Shown: in pieces, positions 60,059 through 64,000 of the stretch
Layout: each line of letters opens with the position of its first letter
How positions within the stretch are numbered: position 1 is the first letter of the stretch
Source of the DNA: Adineta vaga
Taxonomy: Eukaryota; Animalia; Rotifera
Direction: 5' to 3'
Assembly: GCA_021613535.1 (NCBI GenBank)
Contig: CP075492.1
Location: 10,540,001 to 10,604,000 of the forward strand
DNA: 64,000 bases
Position numbers and translations under genes: made by a program
Notes under the pieces: model-generated
What the model was told of the DNA's origin: nothing
Databases searched by the model: none
The model's input: the letters and a program-made list of their open reading frames with translations, nothing else

Positions 60059-61988
60059 TTAACAAGGACATAGAACTTTGAGAATATATTTTGTTAATAA
60101 TTCAGGAATTTGAGGACTATCATCATTGATTGCGTGAAGAACTAGAACAGAAAAGCTCAAAGTTTAAAAAAAAAGAATTTTAATAAATAACAAACTTTTA
60201 TTGAGATTTTGTATATATTCAAATGATAAATATGATGGATAATCATGATCATATGGAATGACAGTGGTTAGATACTAGAAATATAGATCAAATATGAAAG
60301 AAGTTAGTTTATTAGATGAATATCTTTCTTTATAATTATATATTCTCGTAATTATCTGTATTACATTGATAGAAGCAAAATCCGAGCTTTTAATAGATAT
60401 CTTTTCTGATTCCATTACTACATATATCACATTGCAATTTGACATGTTTTGTTTATCTGCTGATGAAGACAAGCTTTCAAAATTTCTTTGTATATATTAA
60501 TAGATAGTATGATGATTTCATGCAAATATGTTCTTCGAACATCTTTCTTTTACAGATTAGAGTCAATGTTAGAAGAAGAGAAAGAAAACGTTCTCGTATG
60601 TTTCTTCTTCTTCTTTTTTCTTTTATCATATCCTTTGAGAAAGAATTGTTCGTTAATTAAAACATTCTCTATAATCAAGATGACCTCTTTTCTTCCTTTT
60701 CGACATTCTGTCTGTTCTAATCTAATTATTGACAATACTAAACAGTCGTCTAGAAGAGAACAAGGAAAGAGTTTGTTTAGCAGTTCATCTCGAGAATAAT
60801 AAATATTCATAGAACACTTTTTCTATTTCTCGCTAGGAATAAGAGAATTCCCTCACCCAGACGCATCTATTCATATCAGATAGTATTAATGTTTTTCTAT
60901 GAACAAAAAAAAAAGCTAATTTACCGTTCCCGGTTCAATAAAATTATTATTTCCAGACAGTAAACGATGTTGTTGACGTTTTTCATTTTGATAATGTCGT
61001 CGTTTATTCTGGAAAAAGAGAAAAATAGTTTTGATAATATGATTAACTAGATCTTACTTGAATACTAAGTACAAGAGAAATAAATGTGTTTTTATTTTCT
61101 TTTTCATCTTCCAGATCATCTCGATATGCCAATTCTTGTACAAGTATATTTGATAAAGTTTTAATTGAGTCATTTAATTCATCTGTTAGTTGATTTAGTG
61201 AATCGATTGTTTGATATTTCAATTGAAATTGATCATTTAGAAAATGTGATCGAGGTAAATCATCACAAAAACCAGAATCGGGTGTCATATCTTGTAGCAT
61301 GAAATCAATTTCACTAATAACTTGTTCAGCTGTAAGAAAAGGTTCATGAAGAAATGTATCCGATGAAACAATTATTGAATGCATATCTAATTGTTCACGT
61401 AATTCTTCTTCTTCAGCTTCATTTAAATCATCAATTGATTTTATATCATCTTCATAATGTTCTTTATCATAAATAGTCTTCATTACCGTTCGACAATTTC
61501 CAGCAATATGAGGTAATTTCAAATCTTGACGAAGCGATGTACGCAGATTTTCAACTAATTCTGACCAAGTACTAATCAAACAAAACGAACAATCAAATTG
61601 AAAATGTACTAACTCATCAACAACATACCTTGATGAAGTAACTAAATCTGTTTTCAATACATTATTCGATTGCATTTCATCTTGCTTTGGAAAACAAGCA
61701 TGAATTGTATGATCAAATGATTGAACAAGATTTTCAAGTGAAAATGCTTTGAATGAATGTTCTAGAAAAACAAATCTTACCATCATCACAAAAGTTTTTC
61801 TTTAATTTTCTACACTTACCCAATGTAGGATGTAGTAAAGTATCCATCGATGAACTCATATTTGTTGGATCATCCATCATATCATCGTCGTCGTCGTCGT
61901 CATCGAGATTATTTGAATATGAAAATTTTACAATTGGTGCACATGGATTATCGTATAGAACTTGTTTTTCAGTTATTCCAATCGACAT
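60059..61988 (-). CDS. unc-76: Fasciculation and elongation protein zeta (FEZ/UNC-76)
   Basis: Motifs SLENLVQSFDHTIHACF, EEELREQLDMHSII, TAEQVISEI, LVQELAYRDDLEDEKE.KNTFISL and LTTVIPY. The C-terminus is PELLTKYILKVLCPC*. Confidence 0.9.
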
Positions 61989-62415
61989 ATTCTTCCGAGG
62001 AAGATATAGAATGGAATGAGAAATAATTTCACTTATTCCTGTTTGCTTTCTATTCTATTGATAGATAGAAGAATAGAAATGCACATCGTTTCTCTTTCAT
62101 TCAGTCATTTAGTTCAGTTCACAGTTCTTCTTCTCTTGCTTTGATGAACCAATCATTGGATGTGAACCAGGCTTAGTAATTTATTGGAAAGAATATGTTG
62201 AGTTTCTTGAATTTCTATAATGATTCTTTGGAATATCTTTGATGAATTTCTAATCGAGGACGAAACAATAATTGAATGGTTGAAAAGAAACCAATCCAGT
62301 CAGTTGTGAGGTATGACGAATGAATCATTGGTTGGTGGTTGATCATTTGATTCATTCATTCGATCGACACTGATGACTGACTGATACTGATACTGATCTG
62401 ATAGTTTAGTCAAAG

Positions 62416-63644
62416 ATGATATTGTTGATTTTTCTCATATTTCCTGCTGTACAATCATATTTATTTGGATGTTATTATGATTATAATCAACCATTAATCT
62501 TACCCGAACAGTTGCCCACCAGTATTTGCACACATGTATTATTGATTGGAGCAGTTCTTGTTAAAGATCGAGGGCTTAGTTTTGTTCAACGTCCATACAA
62601 TGGTTCTGAGGCATTACAAAGTATGAGAGAGTATCGTACACGCGATTCCAATAGACTGAAACTAGTTCCATCCATAGTTGGTGATGATGTAGAATGGAAA
62701 ACAGCATTGAAGGATTCAGAATCTCGAACAATATTCATCGCAAATCTCGTCGATTTTGCATCATCTCAAGTAAAGAATGACGAAAATTTTCTTTGACTTT
62801 TTATATGAATGAATAGGAAGTCGATGGTTTTGATTTTGATTGGGAATATCCATGTGGAGATTTCAAATCGATCTATACCGAATTTATTCAAGAACTACGT
62901 CTAGCTGTAGATCGAATGTTCAACACTAAGTTTCTGATTGGTACTGCCGTGGGTGCAGGTAAATATACAATTGATAATTGCTATGAAATTGGTAAATTAG
63001 GTTTAATACTTGATCTAATTCATCTAATGACGTATGATTATCATAGTAAGTACTATTATTTTAAGAAAATCAATCAATTTATAGTTATCTATTCAGCTAT
63101 TTATGATAAACAAACAGGATATAGTTCGCCTATTTATCCAAAAAGTGTTGAAACAGGTGATGCTCGATATTACAATACCGAGTGGAGTGCAATGTATCTT
63201 GTTGAACAGGGTGTACCACGAAATAAAATTCTCATTGGATTCGAAGGACTTGGTCATACATTCCAATTGAATAACAGTGATAATCATGATTTTGCAGCAC
63301 CTGTTGTTGGTCCTGGTTATGGTAGTGGATGGATGACATTTATTGAATTTTGTTTAATTGTAAAAACTGCTGGATCACATTGGGACGATGAAGCAAAAGT
63401 TAATTATACATATTATAAAGATCAATGGACAAATGTAGGAGATGTAAGAGCAGCAGTGGAGAAAGTGCTCTTTACTAAAGCACATGATTACGGTGGTGTA
63501 TTTAGTTTTGTGAGTTTATAAATGAATAGAACTGTTTGAATCTATTGGTATATTTAGGGTCTTCATCTCGATGATCCAACAGATATTTGTCAACACGGTG
63601 AAACTTTTCCGATTCATCGTACAGTCGCTCGACATTTACAATAA
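62416..63644 (+). CDS. Secreted GH18 chitinase (catalytic domain only)
   Basis: Signal peptide, CTHV, intact DGFDFDWEYP, HLMTYDYH, KILIG and YGGVF. Three short introns. No chitin-binding domain was seen. Confidence 0.9.
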
Positions 63645-64000
63645 CTGTGATATTATATTTGATATATTGTCATTTGTTTTTTTTCTGAATTGATAATAAA
63701 AATATAATTGTAATACTCATGAACAAAATTGAATCTTGATTTTTGTTCTTTTATCGTAGTGTCTCAATAATGTCGTCGATATTTGGTTATACTTGTATAC
63801 TAATCTATTTTCTATTTCTTTCCATAATGACGTGTGAAACACGATTCATCAATGAAGAAGAGACAATTGATAATTCACAACTTGCAATTATACTCTCAAA
63901 TTATCGACATCGATTTGAACATTCAACAAATTTAAAGAAACTTCGATGGACTTTAGACAATCGATATAATAAAGCTTATTGTCAATTTTGTGATTTAGTT

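Overview
This is eukaryotic (metazoan) DNA: very AT-rich and gene-dense, with many ~45-65 nt GT-AG introns. That fits a bdelloid-rotifer-type genome, which is an inference from style only. The first 4.6 kb is a zone of damaged genes: an ATP synthase subunit b pseudogene fragment, a MITE-interrupted membrane-protein gene, an orphan Kelch exon and a frameshifted SH3-SH2-tyrosine kinase. It is followed by a class A GPCR, TRAPPC4, nucleobindin, an antistasin/Kunitz inhibitor, a U3 snoRNA gene, a Cys-rich surface protein, OSTF1, POLR3A, an ASMT-like O-methyltransferase, Rab39, FBXW8, two tandem GT31 galactosyltransferases, a 21-kb twitchin gene, TMEM223, FEZ/UNC-76 and a GH18 chitinase. The strongest unexplained structure is three runs of co-directional genes: FBXW8>Rab39>OMT>POLR3A>OSTF1, NUCB>TRAPPC4 and FEZ>TMEM223. 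Their stop-to-ATG gaps are only 88-282 bp, and most gaps show AATAAA followed by an apparently unpaired splice acceptor, suggesting polycistronic operons resolved by SL trans-splicing. Twitchin also shows a candidate internal first exon (a telokin-like short isoform) and mollusc catch-type PKA sites. All gene calls come from manual translation and remembered family motifs; no database searches were run.
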